A stretch of 64,000 bases of DNA, from positions 480,001 through 544,000 of the forward strand of contig CAWEYG010000001.1 of NCBI GenBank assembly GCA_963813155.1, read 5' to 3'. Numbering within the stretch: position 1 is the stretch's first letter; every line of letters starts with the position of its first letter. Shown here one piece after another: positions 49,523 through 59,600 of the stretch. The notes under the pieces are model-generated. The model ran no database searches. It saw only the letters and a list, made by a program, of their open reading frames with translations, and was not told where the DNA came from. The translations under genes were made by a program, and so were the position numbers. This stretch comes from an uncultured Acidobacteriota bacterium. Lineage in GTDB: Bacteria; Acidobacteriota; Thermoanaerobaculia; UBA5066; DATFVB01.

Positions 49523-52327
49523 TTAGCTGCACCCGCTGGTCGCGCCGCAATTCATGCACTTGTAGCAAGCGCCGTTGCGAACCATGATCGAGCCGCACTC
49601 GTGGCAAGCGGGCGCGTCCGCCTGGACCTCGTACGCCCGGCCGGCCGACATCGGCGAGCCCGAATTGACCGGCTTCAACAACGCCTTCGTCACCGGGATC
49701 GGCCCCGTGTCGGTCGTGTTGTCGCGCGAGATGATGCCGATTCGTTCCTTCGCCTCGCTCGAGAGGAACTTCGAGCCGAGCCACCGGAAGATGTAGTCGA
49801 CGAGCGACTTCGCCATCGGGATTTCGGGGTTCTTCGTGAAGCCCGACGGTTCGAACCGCATGTGGGAGAACTTGTCGACGAGCGCGTCGAGCGGAACCCC
49901 GTACTGCATCGTGAGGGAGATCGCGGTCGCGAAGGAATCCATCAGACCGGATACCGTCGAGCCTTCCTTCGACATCGTCAGGAAGATCTCTCCCGGCTGG
50001 CCGTCCTCGTAGAGCCCGACGGTGATGTATCCCTCGTGGCCGGCGACGTTGAATTTGTGGGTGATCGCCTGGCGCTCGTCCGGCAGCTTGCGGCGGAACG
50101 GCGCGGGCGATGCCGTCACCGCCTTGCCGACGTATTCGAGGCTCGATCGCGCCTCGGGATTCTTCGAGTCCGACTTCGACGCCGAAGTGTTCAGGGGCTG
50201 CGTGCGCTTGCACCCGTCGCGGTAGATCGCGATCGCCTTCAGCCCCATCTTCCAGCCCTGCAGGTACGTGTCGGCAATGTCGTCGGGCGAAACGTCGGTG
50301 GGCATGTTGACAGTCTTGCTGATCGCTCCGGAGAGGAACGGCTGCGCCGCCGACATCATCCGGACGTGCCCCATGTAGTGGATGGAGCGGGAGCCGTTCA
50401 ACGCCTTGAACGAGCAGTCGAAAATCGGAAGGTGCTCCGGCTTGAATCCGGGCGCGTTCTCGATCGTGCCCTGTTCGTCCACGTACGAGACGATCGTGTT
50501 GACCTCGTCTTCGCTGTAACCGAGCCGGCGAAGCGCGAGCGGAACGGTCTGGTTGACGATCTTGATCGTGCCCCCGCCGACGAGCTTCTTGTACTTGACG
50601 AGCGCGAGGTCGGGCTCGATGCCGGTCGTGTCGCAATCCATCATGAATCCGATCGTGCCGGTCGGCGCGAGAACGGTCACCTGCCCGTTCTTGTAGCCGA
50701 ACTGGCTTCCCGACTCGAGAGCCATGTCCCAGACGGCCTGCGACCAGGAGTGCAGTTCCGTCGGAACGCCCTGCTTGTCGATCTCGTACGCCGCGTCGCG
50801 GTGCATCCGGATGACGTCCAGGAACGCGTCGCGGTTGGGCGGATAGGCCGAGAACGTCCCCATCTCGGCCGCAATCTTCGAGGACTGCAGGTACGCTTCG
50901 CCGCACATCAGGGAGGTGATCGCGGCCGCGTAGGAGCGGCCCTCGTCGGAGTCATACGGAAGGCCGGCGGCCATGAGCAGCGCGCCGAGGTTCGCGTAGC
51001 CGAGCCCGAGCGGGCGCATCGCGTACGAATTCTTTCCGATCGCCTCGGTCGGGTACGAGGCGTTGTCGACCATGATCTCCTGCGCCGTGATCGTCACGTC
51101 CACGGCGTGCTTGAACCGGTCGACGTCGAACGTGCCGTCTTCCCGCTCGAACTTCATGAGATTCAGGGAGGCGAGGTTGCACGCCGAGTCGTCCACGAAC
51201 ATGTACTCGGAGCACGGATTCGAGGCGTTGATCCGGTGCGTCGACTTCACCGGATTCCACCGGTTGATCGTCGTGTCGTACTGCATGCCGGGGTCGCCGC
51301 AGACCCACGCCGCGTCGGCGATCTCGCGCATGAGCTGTCGCGCGCGGAATTTCTCGAACGGCTTGCCCGTCAGGACTTCCTTCGTCCAGTACTCGCCGTC
51401 CTTCTCCACCGCTTCCATGAACTCGTCGTTGACGCGGACGGAATGATTCGCGTTCTGGTAGAAGATCGACGAATACGCCTCGCCGTTGAACGAGCCGTCA
51501 TAGCCGGCGTCGATGAGCGCCCACGCCTTCTTCTCTTCCTTCGCCTTCGAGAGAACGAATTCCTCGATGTCGGGGTGATCGATGTTGAGAATGACCATCT
51601 TCGCGGCGCGGCGCGTCTTGCCGCCGGACTTGATCGCGCCGGCGAAGCTGTCGAAGCCCTTCATGAAAGAAAGCGGGCCGGACGCCGTTCCTCCCGAAGA
51701 CAACCCTTCCCGCGAGCCCCGGAGGCTCGACAGGTTGCTCCCCGTTCCCGAGCCGAATTTGAAGAGCATTCCCTCGGTCTTCGCGAGCGTCAGGATCGAG
51801 CCCATCGAGTCCTGCACGGAATTGATGAAGCAGGCCGAGCACTGGGGCTTCTCCTCGACTCCGCAGTTGAACCAGACGGGCGAATTGAAAGACATCACCT
51901 GGTTGACGAGAAGCGTCGTCAGCTCGTCGTGGAACGCATCGCGGTCGGCCGCCGTTTTGAAGTAACGCCCCTCTTCGCCCCAGCGGGCGATCGTGTCGGA
52001 GACGCGGCCGATGAGCTGGCGGACCGAGGTCTCCCGATCCGGCGTTCCGAGCTTTCCGTGAAAATATTTCTGCACGACGATGTTCGTCGCGGTCTGGGAC
52101 CACGATTTCGGGGTTTCCACGTTCTTCTGCTCGAAGATCGTCTCCCCCTTTTCCGACGTGATCGCGGCGGTGCGAAGCTCCCACTCGATCGCGTCGTAGG
52201 GGGATACCGAAGGATCGGAGTACACGCGCGCGAAAGTCAGCCCTTTGAGCACGCGGGGGGCGCTGGTTGCCGCTTCGGCGGCGCTCGCGGCGGTTTTCCG
52301 GTCCGTCCGTTCTTCGTTTCGGCTCAT
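49523..52327 (-). CDS. nrdJ: Vitamin B12-dependent (class II) ribonucleotide reductase
   Basis: FNSPVWFN, PQCSACFI, RRAAKM, ASNPCSEY, LAPTGTI, GAISKT, YRDG.K, C-terminal C..C...C..CG...GCS. Confidence 0.96.
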   Translation of the reverse strand: MSRNEERTDRKTAASAAEAATSAPRVLKGLTFARVYSDPSVSPYDAIEWELRTAAITSEKGETIFEQKNVETPKSWSQTATNIVVQKYFHGKLGTPDRETSVRQLIGRVSDTIARWGEEGRYFKTAADRDAFHDELTTLLVNQVMSFNSPVWFNCGVEEKPQCSACFINSVQDSMGSILTLAKTEGMLFKFGSGTGSNLSSLRGSREGLSSGGTASGPLSFMKGFDSFAGAIKSGGKTRRAAKMVILNIDHPDIEEFVLSKAKEEKKAWALIDAGYDGSFNGEAYSSIFYQNANHSVRVNDEFMEAVEKDGEYWTKEVLTGKPFEKFRARQLMREIADAAWVCGDPGMQYDTTINRWNPVKSTHRINASNPCSEYMFVDDSACNLASLNLMKFEREDGTFDVDRFKHAVDVTITAQEIMVDNASYPTEAIGKNSYAMRPLGLGYANLGALLMAAGLPYDSDEGRSYAAAITSLMCGEAYLQSSKIAAEMGTFSAYPPNRDAFLDVIRMHRDAAYEIDKQGVPTELHSWSQAVWDMALESGSQFGYKNGQVTVLAPTGTIGFMMDCDTTGIEPDLALVKYKKLVGGGTIKIVNQTVPLALRRLGYSEDEVNTIVSYVDEQGTIENAPGFKPEHLPIFDCSFKALNGSRSIHYMGHVRMMSAAQPFLSGAISKTVNMPTDVSPDDIADTYLQGWKMGLKAIAIYRDGCKRTQPLNTSASKSDSKNPEARSSLEYVGKAVTASPAPFRRKLPDERQAITHKFNVAGHEGYITVGLYEDGQPGEIFLTMSKEGSTVSGLMDSFATAISLTMQYGVPLDALVDKFSHMRFEPSGFTKNPEIPMAKSLVDYIFRWLGSKFLSSEAKERIGIISRDNTTDTGPIPVTKALLKPVNSGSPMSAGRAYEVQADAPACHECGSIMVRNGACYKCMNCGATSGCS

Positions 52328-52442
52328 CTTTCCTACCCCTTCCTCTCTTCCCAACACTCTTCAATCGACGGAGAATCCGAGAACTTCCCGGGGACTCGCG
52401 GTTGGAGGTTCGCGGCCAGCCGGCCGTTTTTTACTTGAAGAA

Positions 52443-52471
52443 AAGGTAAACCCAGCGCGAAGAGATGTCAA
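52443..52471 (-). promoter_or_regulatory. Sigma70 promoter of nrdJ
   Basis: TTGACA-N17-TACCTT on the minus strand. Confidence 0.65.
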
Positions 52472-52477
52472 GAAAAA

Positions 52478-52524
52478 ATACCAGATGTTGGGGTTGTCCA
52501 CCGGGAAGGCCAAAGATCTGGGTG
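52478..52524. promoter_or_regulatory. Tandem NrdR boxes
   Basis: ATACCAGATGTTGGGG (52478) and GCCAAAGATCTGGGTG (52509), 31 bp apart, resemble acaCwAtATaTwGtgt. Confidence 0.75.
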
Positions 52525-52555
52525 TCCGGCTCCCCGGAGGGGGGAGCCGGCTCGC

Positions 52556-52585
52556 TTGACCCTCCCGGGGGTTGGCTGTCATAAT
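52556..52585 (+). promoter_or_regulatory. Sigma70 promoter of the Fe-S carrier gene
   Basis: TTGACC-N18-CATAAT with extended -10 TG. Confidence 0.55.
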
Positions 52586-52606
52586 CCATCCCGTTAGGAG
52601 AACCCA

Positions 52607-52981
52607 ATGTCCGCTGAACTCTCTGCCATTTCGCCGACCCCTCAGCCCGATGCTCCCTTTCTCACGCTGACGGAGAAGGCTGTCGAAAAAGTGAAGTATT
52701 TCGCGTCCCAGATGCCCGATTCCGCCGGCAAACCTCTCCGGATTTTCGTCCAGGGAGGCGGCTGCTCGGGCTTTCAGTACGGATTCACGTTCGACGACAA
52801 GAAGGAAAACGACACCCAGATTTCCGCCGGAGAGGTGGAAGTCGTCGTGGACCCTCAGAGCGCCATGTACCTGAAGGGCGCCAACGTCGACTATCTCGAA
52901 GACTTTCGCGGCGCGGGATTTTCGGTCAACAACCCGAACGCGACGGGCGGCTGCGGCTGCGGAAAGTCTTTCAACGCGTGA
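52607..52981 (+). CDS. erpA: A-type Fe-S cluster carrier (ErpA/IscA/HesB)
   Basis: GGGCSGFQY, NPNA.GGCGCGKSF; paralog assignment uncertain. Confidence 0.9.
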   Translation: MSAELSAISPTPQPDAPFLTLTEKAVEKVKYFASQMPDSAGKPLRIFVQGGGCSGFQYGFTFDDKKENDTQISAGEVEVVVDPQSAMYLKGANVDYLEDFRGAGFSVNNPNATGGCGCGKSFNA

Positions 52982-53008
52982 GCTAAGGGCGGCTCTTGCC
53001 GCTCGAGC

Positions 53009-53037
53009 AAAAGACCCCACTCGTGTGGGGTCTTTTC
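53009..53037. terminator. Bidirectional Rho-independent terminator
   Basis: AAAAGACCCCAC-TCGT-GTGGGGTCTTTT between convergent genes. Confidence 0.88.
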
Positions 53038-55404
53038 ATTTGGCCTCCCATTTCCAGTCCCGGATCTCTGGCAGGTCTTCGCCGTATTTGCAGATGTATT
53101 GCTGGTGCTCGATCAGCTTGCCTCTGAGCAGGCGCTTCAGGGCGATGCCCTTCTCGCCCGTCTGCGGGAGGCGGTCGATCGTGTCGATGACGAGGTCGAA
53201 CCGGTCGAGATCGTTCAGAACCGTCATGTCGAAGGGCGTGGTGATCGTCCCTTCTTCCTTGTAGCCGCGGACGTGGATGTTGTCGTGGTTGGTTCGGCGG
53301 TAAGTCAACCGGTGGATCAACCACGGATACGCGTGGAATGCGAAGATCACCGGCTTGTCCCGGGTGAAAAGCTCGTCGAAATCCCTGTCGCTTAGCCCGT
53401 GGGGGTGCTCGGATTGCGGCTGCAGCTTCATCAGGTCGACGACGTTGACCACCCGGATCTTCAGGTCGGGCAGGTGTTCGCGCAGGATGGAGACGGCGGC
53501 GAGCGTCTCCAAGGTGGGCACGTCGCCGCAACAGGCCATGACCACGTCGGGCGCAACGCCCTGGTCGTTGCTGGCCCACTGCCACACGCCGATGCCTTCG
53601 AGGCAGTGCTTGACGGCAGCGTCCATGGCCAGCCATTGCGGCGCGGGGTGCTTTCCCGCGACGATGACATTCACGTAGTGCCGGCTGCGAAGGCAATGAT
53701 CCATCACCGACAGGAGGCAATTCGCGTCCGGTGGAAGGTAGACGCGCACGACCTCGGCTTTCTTGTTCACGACATGATCGATGAAACCGGGATCCTGATG
53801 CGTGAAACCGTTGTGGTCCTGACGCCAGACATGCGAGGCGAGCAGGTAGTTCAACGACGCGATCTTCCGCCGCCAGGGCAGGTGCGAGGTGACCTTCAGC
53901 CACTTGGCATGTTGATTGAACATCGAATCGACGATGTGGATGAACGCCTCATAGCAGTTGAAGACGCCGTGCCGGCCGGTGAGCAGATAGCCCTCGAGCC
54001 AGCCCTCGCACTGGTGTTCGCTCAGCATTTCCGTCACGCGCCCGGTCGGCGCGAGAAATTCGTCGTTGGGCAGGGTGGCCGCATCCCACTGGCGGTTGGT
54101 CGTCTCGAAGACAGCCTCGAGGCCGTTGGACAGCGTCTCGTCGGGTCCGAAGACCCGGAAGTTCCGCCGGTCCGAGTTGAGCTTCGCCACGTCTCGTAGA
54201 AAACGGCCGAGGACGTGCGTGTCGCCGACGCCGCGCACCCCGGGAGACGGCACGTCGACTGCATACTCGCGAAAGTCCGGCATCCGCAGATCTCGGAGCA
54301 GAATTCCACCATTGGCGTGAGGGTTCGCGCCCATTCGCCGATTCCCCTTCGGCGCGATTTCGGCCAGCTCCGGGCTCAGGCGGCCGTTCGCGTCGAAGAG
54401 CTCTTCCGGCCGGTAGCTCTTGAGCCAGTCCTCCAACAGCCTGAGATGATCGGGAGGGGTCGAGGGAGAAACGGCGAGCGGCACCTGATGCGCTCGAAAC
54501 GTTCCTTCGATCGGCCTACCGTCGACCATCTTCGGCCCGGTCCATCCTTTTGGCGAATCGAGAACGATCATCGGCCAGCGGGGGCGGGTGACGACACCGC
54601 GGACGCGAGCGTCCTGCTGGATTTCCCGGATTCGCTCCACCGCCGCGTCGAGAGCAGCGGCCATCGCCTGATGCATCGGTTCCGGCTCGCGCCCTTCGAC
54701 GAAGCCGGGCTCCCAACCGTAGCCGCGAAGAAGGTCCGCCAGCTCGGCGCGGGGAATTCGGGCGAGAATCGTCGGGTTGGAAATCTTGTAGCCATTCAAG
54801 TGCAGGATCGGAAGCACCGCGCCGTCGGTGGCCGGATCGAGAAACTTGTTCGAATGCCACGCGGTCGCCAGAGGGCCGGTTTCCGCCTCTCCGTCACCGA
54901 CCACGCAGGCCACGACGAGATCCGGATTGTCGAAAACAGCCCCGAACGAATGGCTGAGCGAATAGCCGAGCTCTCCCCCTCGTGAATCGAGCCCGGGCAC
55001 TCCGGAGAGGCGTGACTGGGAATCCCTCCGGGAAACGAGAATTGAAGAAACAGCCTTCGGAGGCCGGCCTCGTCCTGGCCGATATCGGGATAGACCTCGC
55101 TGTACGTGCCCTCGAGGTACGTGTTGGCCACCACGGCCGGCCCGCCGTGCCCCGGACCGGAGACGTAGATCATGTCCAGGTCGTATTTCTTGATGACTCG
55201 GTTCAAGTGCGCGTAGATGAAGTTCTGCCCCGGCGTCGTCCCCCAGTGTCCGAGAAGCATTCGCTTCACATCCGCCAGCGTCAGGGGGCGCTTCAAGAGC
55301 GGGTTGTCGTAAAGATAAATCTGGCCGACCGACAGGTAGTTGGCCGCGCGCCAGTACGCATCGATGAGGCGCAACTGCTCGTCGGAAAGCCGGCTCTCGC
55401 CCAC
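53036..55404 (-). CDS. xfp: Phosphoketolase, frameshift near 54985
   Basis: [73 protein letters not shown]. Confidence 0.93.
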
Positions 55405-55412
55405 GGCCGTAC

Positions 55413-56123
55413 TTACGAAGGCCAGGTCTCTCCCGGCGCGAGCTCGATCACTTCCGTCGATCCGCCGCGCTTCCGGATCTCCTCCCGCAGGGCGTCGGGC
55501 GTGCCCGTGAGCACGGGAAACGTGCCCCAGTGCATCGGAATGACGCGCGGGACCTTCAGCATCTCGCATGCGAGCGCGGCGCCTTTCGGCCCCATCGTGT
55601 AGAAGTCGCCGATCGGCAGCAGCGCGATGTCCGGAGGGCGAAGCTCCGCGATGATCCGCATGTCGGAAAAGGGCGCCGTGTCTCCGGCGTGGTAAATACG
55701 GAATCCGTCCACTTCCACGACGAAGCCGCATGGCGTCGCGAACGGGTTCCGGTCCGAACCGTCGCCCCCCGAGTGCTCGGCGGGCGTCATCGAGATCGTG
55801 AAGTCGGAGACCTTCTGGGTTCCGCCCTTGTTCATGCCCGAGACGGACTTGACGCCCTTCGTCCCGAGCCAGACCGCCAGCTCGAAGACGCAGACGACGG
55901 TCGCGCCCGTCTTCTTCGCGAGCTCGACGCCGCTGTCCCCGAAATGGTCCGAATGGCCGTGCGTCGGCGCGATCACATCCACGCGCGAAAGGTCGTAGCC
56001 CTTCGGAAACTTCGGGTTCGGCTCGATAAACGGATCGAAGACGAGACGCTTGCCTCCCTTCGATTCGATGACGAACATCGCGTGGCCCAGCCACGTGATT
56101 TTTCCGGGGAAATTCGCCGTCAT
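55413..56123 (-). CDS. Metallo-beta-lactamase fold hydrolase (UPF0173)
   Basis: WLGHA, THGHSDH, YHAGDT, PMHWGTF. Confidence 0.92.
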   Translation of the reverse strand: MTANFPGKITWLGHAMFVIESKGGKRLVFDPFIEPNPKFPKGYDLSRVDVIAPTHGHSDHFGDSGVELAKKTGATVVCVFELAVWLGTKGVKSVSGMNKGGTQKVSDFTISMTPAEHSGGDGSDRNPFATPCGFVVEVDGFRIYHAGDTAPFSDMRIIAELRPPDIALLPIGDFYTMGPKGAALACEMLKVPRVIPMHWGTFPVLTGTPDALREEIRKRGGSTEVIELAPGETWPS

Positions 56124-56165
56124 GTTCGCTTCCTTCCTCGCGCTCGCATCCGAGCCCGAATTCAT

Positions 56166-56372
56166 TCAGTTCTCGAAGAAAAACGGCACGGCCATCAGCG
56201 CCGCCCCGATGATGCAGAGCTCCAGAGTTCTCGTGAACAGGTACGGGTAGATGCAGAGTCCCGCGCCGGCGAGCATCGCCGACATCTTCGCCTGCTTTTT
56301 TCCGTAGATGAAGTACGCCGTTCCGACGGCCCCGGTGAAGATCGCGATGAAAAGCTGCGTCCCGGTCGGCAC
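56166..56372 (-). CDS. Small conserved membrane protein
   Basis: G.VG.AYF.YGKKQ...G..L..YPY. Confidence 0.75.
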   Translation of the reverse strand: MPTGTQLFIAIFTGAVGTAYFIYGKKQAKMSAMLAGAGLCIYPYLFTRTLELCIIGAALMAVPFFFEN

Positions 56373-56373
56373 G

Positions 56374-57141
56374 TCAGAACCTCAGCGAGAGGCAGCTCAG
56401 GCCGCCGTCCATCTTCCGGAACTCCGACATCTCCAGGGCGTGGCAAACGTAGCCGAGCCCGCGGAGCTTTCCCTCGGTCGAAGGAAATCCGGAAGCAATC
56501 AGGATCGTGTCGTTCACTCTCACGCAGTTGGCCGCGTACTCCTCGCCCGCGGGCACGCGGACGATCTCGTGGCCGCGAAACTCTTCGCGATCGGCGAGCG
56601 CCTCGATCGCCGCGAGCCGGTTCTCGCCGAGAGACGCGATCCCGCTCTTCAGGTGAAGGATCCCGGCCGTGCTTCGGATGTCGACGAGCGTCGACGCCAG
56701 CCCGGTTTCGCCGAGAATTTCCGCGAGCTGCCTTGCGCCCGCCTCGTTCGTCCGGTGCGAGACCCCGATGAAGAGATGATCACCCGCCTCGCAGACGTCC
56801 CCGCCGTCGAGGGTTCCGGGCGGCTCGATCGTTCGCTGATTTGCGAAGAACGGACTCAGCGCCGCGGCCATGGCCTCCACCTCCCCCTTGCGACTCTCCG
56901 CCCCCGGGCGCGTGTGGACGGCCAGACCCGGAAGAAGGACCGCCGTGTCCTCGACGAACGTCGAGTCGGGATACTGCGGATCGGCAGGAAGGCGCGTCAG
57001 GACGAGGCCGAGGCCCTCGAGCGCCTCGCAGTATTTTTCGTGCTGCGAAAGCGCGGTTTCGAGCTCGGGAGCGCCGAGCTGCGCCGTCGTCAGGCCGTTC
57101 GCGAAACTGATCGCCGGCGGCCGCACGATCGCCCGGTTCAC
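56374..57141 (-). CDS. ddaH: Dimethylarginine dimethylaminohydrolase
   Basis: PDSTFVEDTA, LDGGD, LHLKSG, EFRKMDGGLSCLS. Confidence 0.92.
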   Translation of the reverse strand: MNRAIVRPPAISFANGLTTAQLGAPELETALSQHEKYCEALEGLGLVLTRLPADPQYPDSTFVEDTAVLLPGLAVHTRPGAESRKGEVEAMAAALSPFFANQRTIEPPGTLDGGDVCEAGDHLFIGVSHRTNEAGARQLAEILGETGLASTLVDIRSTAGILHLKSGIASLGENRLAAIEALADREEFRGHEIVRVPAGEEYAANCVRVNDTILIASGFPSTEGKLRGLGYVCHALEMSEFRKMDGGLSCLSLRF

Positions 57142-57153
57142 GGTTTCCTCGTC

Positions 57154-57564
57154 TCAGGCACGGCGGGCGCGGGCCTTCGCCCCCGCGACGAGCCTCTCCG
57201 CCGCGACGGCCGCGCGGCGATGAGTTCCCCTTCCGATTTCGCCTCCTTCGTCGGCGGCGGAGACCTCGAAGAAGAAGAGTTTTCCTTCCTTCCGGACGAA
57301 CGTCGCCGTCGCCGTGACGGTCGCCCCGGGGGGCGTTGCAGCCGAGTGCCGAACGTCGATGGACACTCCGACGGACAGCTCTCCCGGCGCGAGATGCGGC
57401 CGGAGGATTCGCGCCGCCGCCATCTCCATCAGCGCGACCAGTCGCGCGGTCGCGAAGACGCCGGGAAATTCGTCCACGGATTCGATCCCGACCGAGCTCG
57501 CGAGGTCGGCAGGCCCGACCGTGAGGCTCGCCGAGCCGGTCGATCCGGGGACGGGATCGCTCAT
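57154..57564 (-). CDS. FlK-like hotdog thioesterase
   Basis: VFAT..L..LME.AA, SVG....V.H.AATP.G, G.H.R. Confidence 0.88.
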   Translation of the reverse strand: MSDPVPGSTGSASLTVGPADLASSVGIESVDEFPGVFATARLVALMEMAAARILRPHLAPGELSVGVSIDVRHSAATPPGATVTATATFVRKEGKLFFFEVSAADEGGEIGRGTHRRAAVAAERLVAGAKARARRA

Positions 57565-57574
57565 CGCCGGCGCC

Positions 57575-57983
57575 TCAGGCCATCGGCCGCCACGGGCCGA
57601 TCAGGAGCGCGATCGCGACGACGAAATCGAACGCCGCGCAGAGCGGCGGGAACCACCTCGCGACCTGTGTCGAGACCGCGCGGGGATGGTGCAGGAGATC
57701 CCAGACGCCGTGGATCACGTAGCCCGCGGCCAGCCACCCGGTCTGCGCCCGCAACCCGACGGCGGCGCAGCAGAAGACGACCGCCGCGATGAGCGAGCTC
57801 GAGCAGCGCGATTCCCGCCGGCGGCTTTTGCGCGAGCATCGCCCCCGCGTACACGCACGCCGTGAATGCGAGAAAGAGCGCAATCGCCTGCCGCGCCGGC
57901 TGCGGAGGGATCGTGTGCACGAGCAGAACGAACAGCAGCCCGAGAAGGAGCCCGACGACGAGACTGGGAATCCACGATTTCAT
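57575..57983 (-). CDS. DUF6010-like membrane protein, frameshifted
   Basis: MKSWIPSLVVG...; LAAGY..HGVWD.LHH, W.PP.CA.FD. Confidence 0.7.
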
Positions 57984-58972
57984 CTTTCCGCCCTTCTTCG
58001 CGTTTCGTTTCCCGTTCTTTTCGCAAACGCGCACCAGCGCGAAACTGCCTCTTGGGGACCCTCGAACACGCGGTCGCGGACGCGGGGATGGCTCGTCACG
58101 TACTCGAGGTTCTCGCGGAAGCGATCTCTGCCGCCGGGCAGAACGAAATCGCCGGTGCGCGCCACGCTCACGACGATCGGCTCTTCGGCGTCCATGAGAC
58201 CATCGAGGATATGACGAATCCACGCCGGATCGAGGCCGAGGTTCAGGTGGACGAAATCGTGTTGGGGGCCGACCGGGACGGGCAACGGAGGGCCGTTGAT
58301 ACAGCCCGTGCTCACCGGCACGAGCCAGAGCCGGCGACGGCGAAAGAAGCCGCCCGGCTCCAGGTAGTTCGAGCGCGACGGGCGATAGGGCCGTCGCGGC
58401 GCCCGCTGGAAGTCCGGCAACGAACCGGTGCTCCCTTCGCCCGGCACTATCGACGGCGCCGGCCTCAGTCCCGGTTCGAGGGTGAGATCGTAGGGGATCT
58501 TCAGACGCTCGAGCAGGGCCACCGCGCGATCGCTCAGCCAGTGATCTCCGAAGCGAAAGCCATCCGGCGGGCCGCCCACCCCTCGAACGAAGCCGTCCAG
58601 AGCGCGCGCGACCCCGCTCTCGATCCAGGCCTCGTCCCCGAAGTCGGAAATCCATCGCCCCTCCGGTTCGTGCCATCGAAACGCGTGGTGATGAAGACCG
58701 ATTGAATCTCCCCGGGCCCGAAGCTCCGCGAGGGGCGCCGCGTAGCGCCGAGCGGCCCAGGCAATATCCCCGTAGGTCGTCTCGATCTGCGAATCCATCC
58801 GAAGAAACCAGTTGAAGCGGGCCCGGCACCCCGTCCGTTCGTTCAATCGCTCGCGCAAACGCTCGATCCACGGAAGCAGGTCGAGGAAACCCTGCCATTC
58901 GGGGCGGCGGCGGCGTTCGAGCAGCCGATCGTCCGGCTCGATATCGACCGTCAGGACGAAGGAACCGGTCAT
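57980..58972 (-). CDS. Polysaccharide-deacetylase-like hypothetical protein
   Basis: LTVDIEPD, IGLHHH, FRFG, YDLT. Confidence 0.6.
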   Translation of the reverse strand: MTGSFVLTVDIEPDDRLLERRRRPEWQGFLDLLPWIERLRERLNERTGCRARFNWFLRMDSQIETTYGDIAWAARRYAAPLAELRARGDSIGLHHHAFRWHEPEGRWISDFGDEAWIESGVARALDGFVRGVGGPPDGFRFGDHWLSDRAVALLERLKIPYDLTLEPGLRPAPSIVPGEGSTGSLPDFQRAPRRPYRPSRSNYLEPGGFFRRRRLWLVPVSTGCINGPPLPVPVGPQHDFVHLNLGLDPAWIRHILDGLMDAEEPIVVSVARTGDFVLPGGRDRFRENLEYVTSHPRVRDRVFEGPQEAVSRWCAFAKRTGNETRRRAER

Positions 58973-58976
58973 CTCA

Positions 58977-59573
58977 CTACCGAGCGTATTTCCAGTTCCG
59001 CGTCTTCCCTTCCGAAAGCCATTCGACCGCGGTTTTGATCCGCCGGTCGCGGGTCTCAGCGGTCTTCGCCCCGATAACCCAGTCGACGTATTCCTTCCTG
59101 TTCGTATAATTGAAAGCGGCGAAGACGGCGGCGGCCTTTTGGTTTTTCTTGAGCGCTTCCTCGAGGTCGCGCGGAACGACGATCTTCTTTTTCGCCGCCG
59201 GGCGGGACGGCGCGCGCGGGGCCCGGACTCCCGCGTCGTTGAGCGCGGCGGCCTTGCGCACGAGGCGGAGCAATTCAGAGTCTTTCGGCAGGTCCGAGAC
59301 CGATCCGATTCGCCCGAACTGCCCCATTGAGTCGTTGGATTTCTCTCCCGTCACGAGGCTTCCTTTCCAGAACCCGAACGCGCAATGTTTCTGGAAGGCG
59401 GCCATCGAGCAGAACATTCCCTTGTAATCGAAGTGGGGAAAGCTCCATTTCATCGTCTCTTCGACGCCGGGGCATCCCCGATGGACGACGCGGCGGAGGC
59501 GAAGGAGGATCGGCTTCGCGAACGGCGCGGCCTTCGCGATATAGGCGTCGACGCGCGGATCCTTCCTGCCCAT
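58977..59573 (-). CDS. YdeI/OmpD-associated family protein
   Basis: DPRVDAYI, E.MKW..P.F, VP.DL..AL, AK..ETR.RR. Confidence 0.92.
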   Translation of the reverse strand: MGRKDPRVDAYIAKAAPFAKPILLRLRRVVHRGCPGVEETMKWSFPHFDYKGMFCSMAAFQKHCAFGFWKGSLVTGEKSNDSMGQFGRIGSVSDLPKDSELLRLVRKAAALNDAGVRAPRAPSRPAAKKKIVVPRDLEEALKKNQKAAAVFAAFNYTNRKEYVDWVIGAKTAETRDRRIKTAVEWLSEGKTRNWKYAR

Positions 59574-59600
59574 TGCGATCCCCTTTCCTTCCAGCCGATT

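Noticed and set aside
52328-52440. Cobalamin riboswitch in the nrdJ leader
   Set aside because: The leader is short and no B12-box or conserved core is recognisable; NrdR boxes account for regulation.
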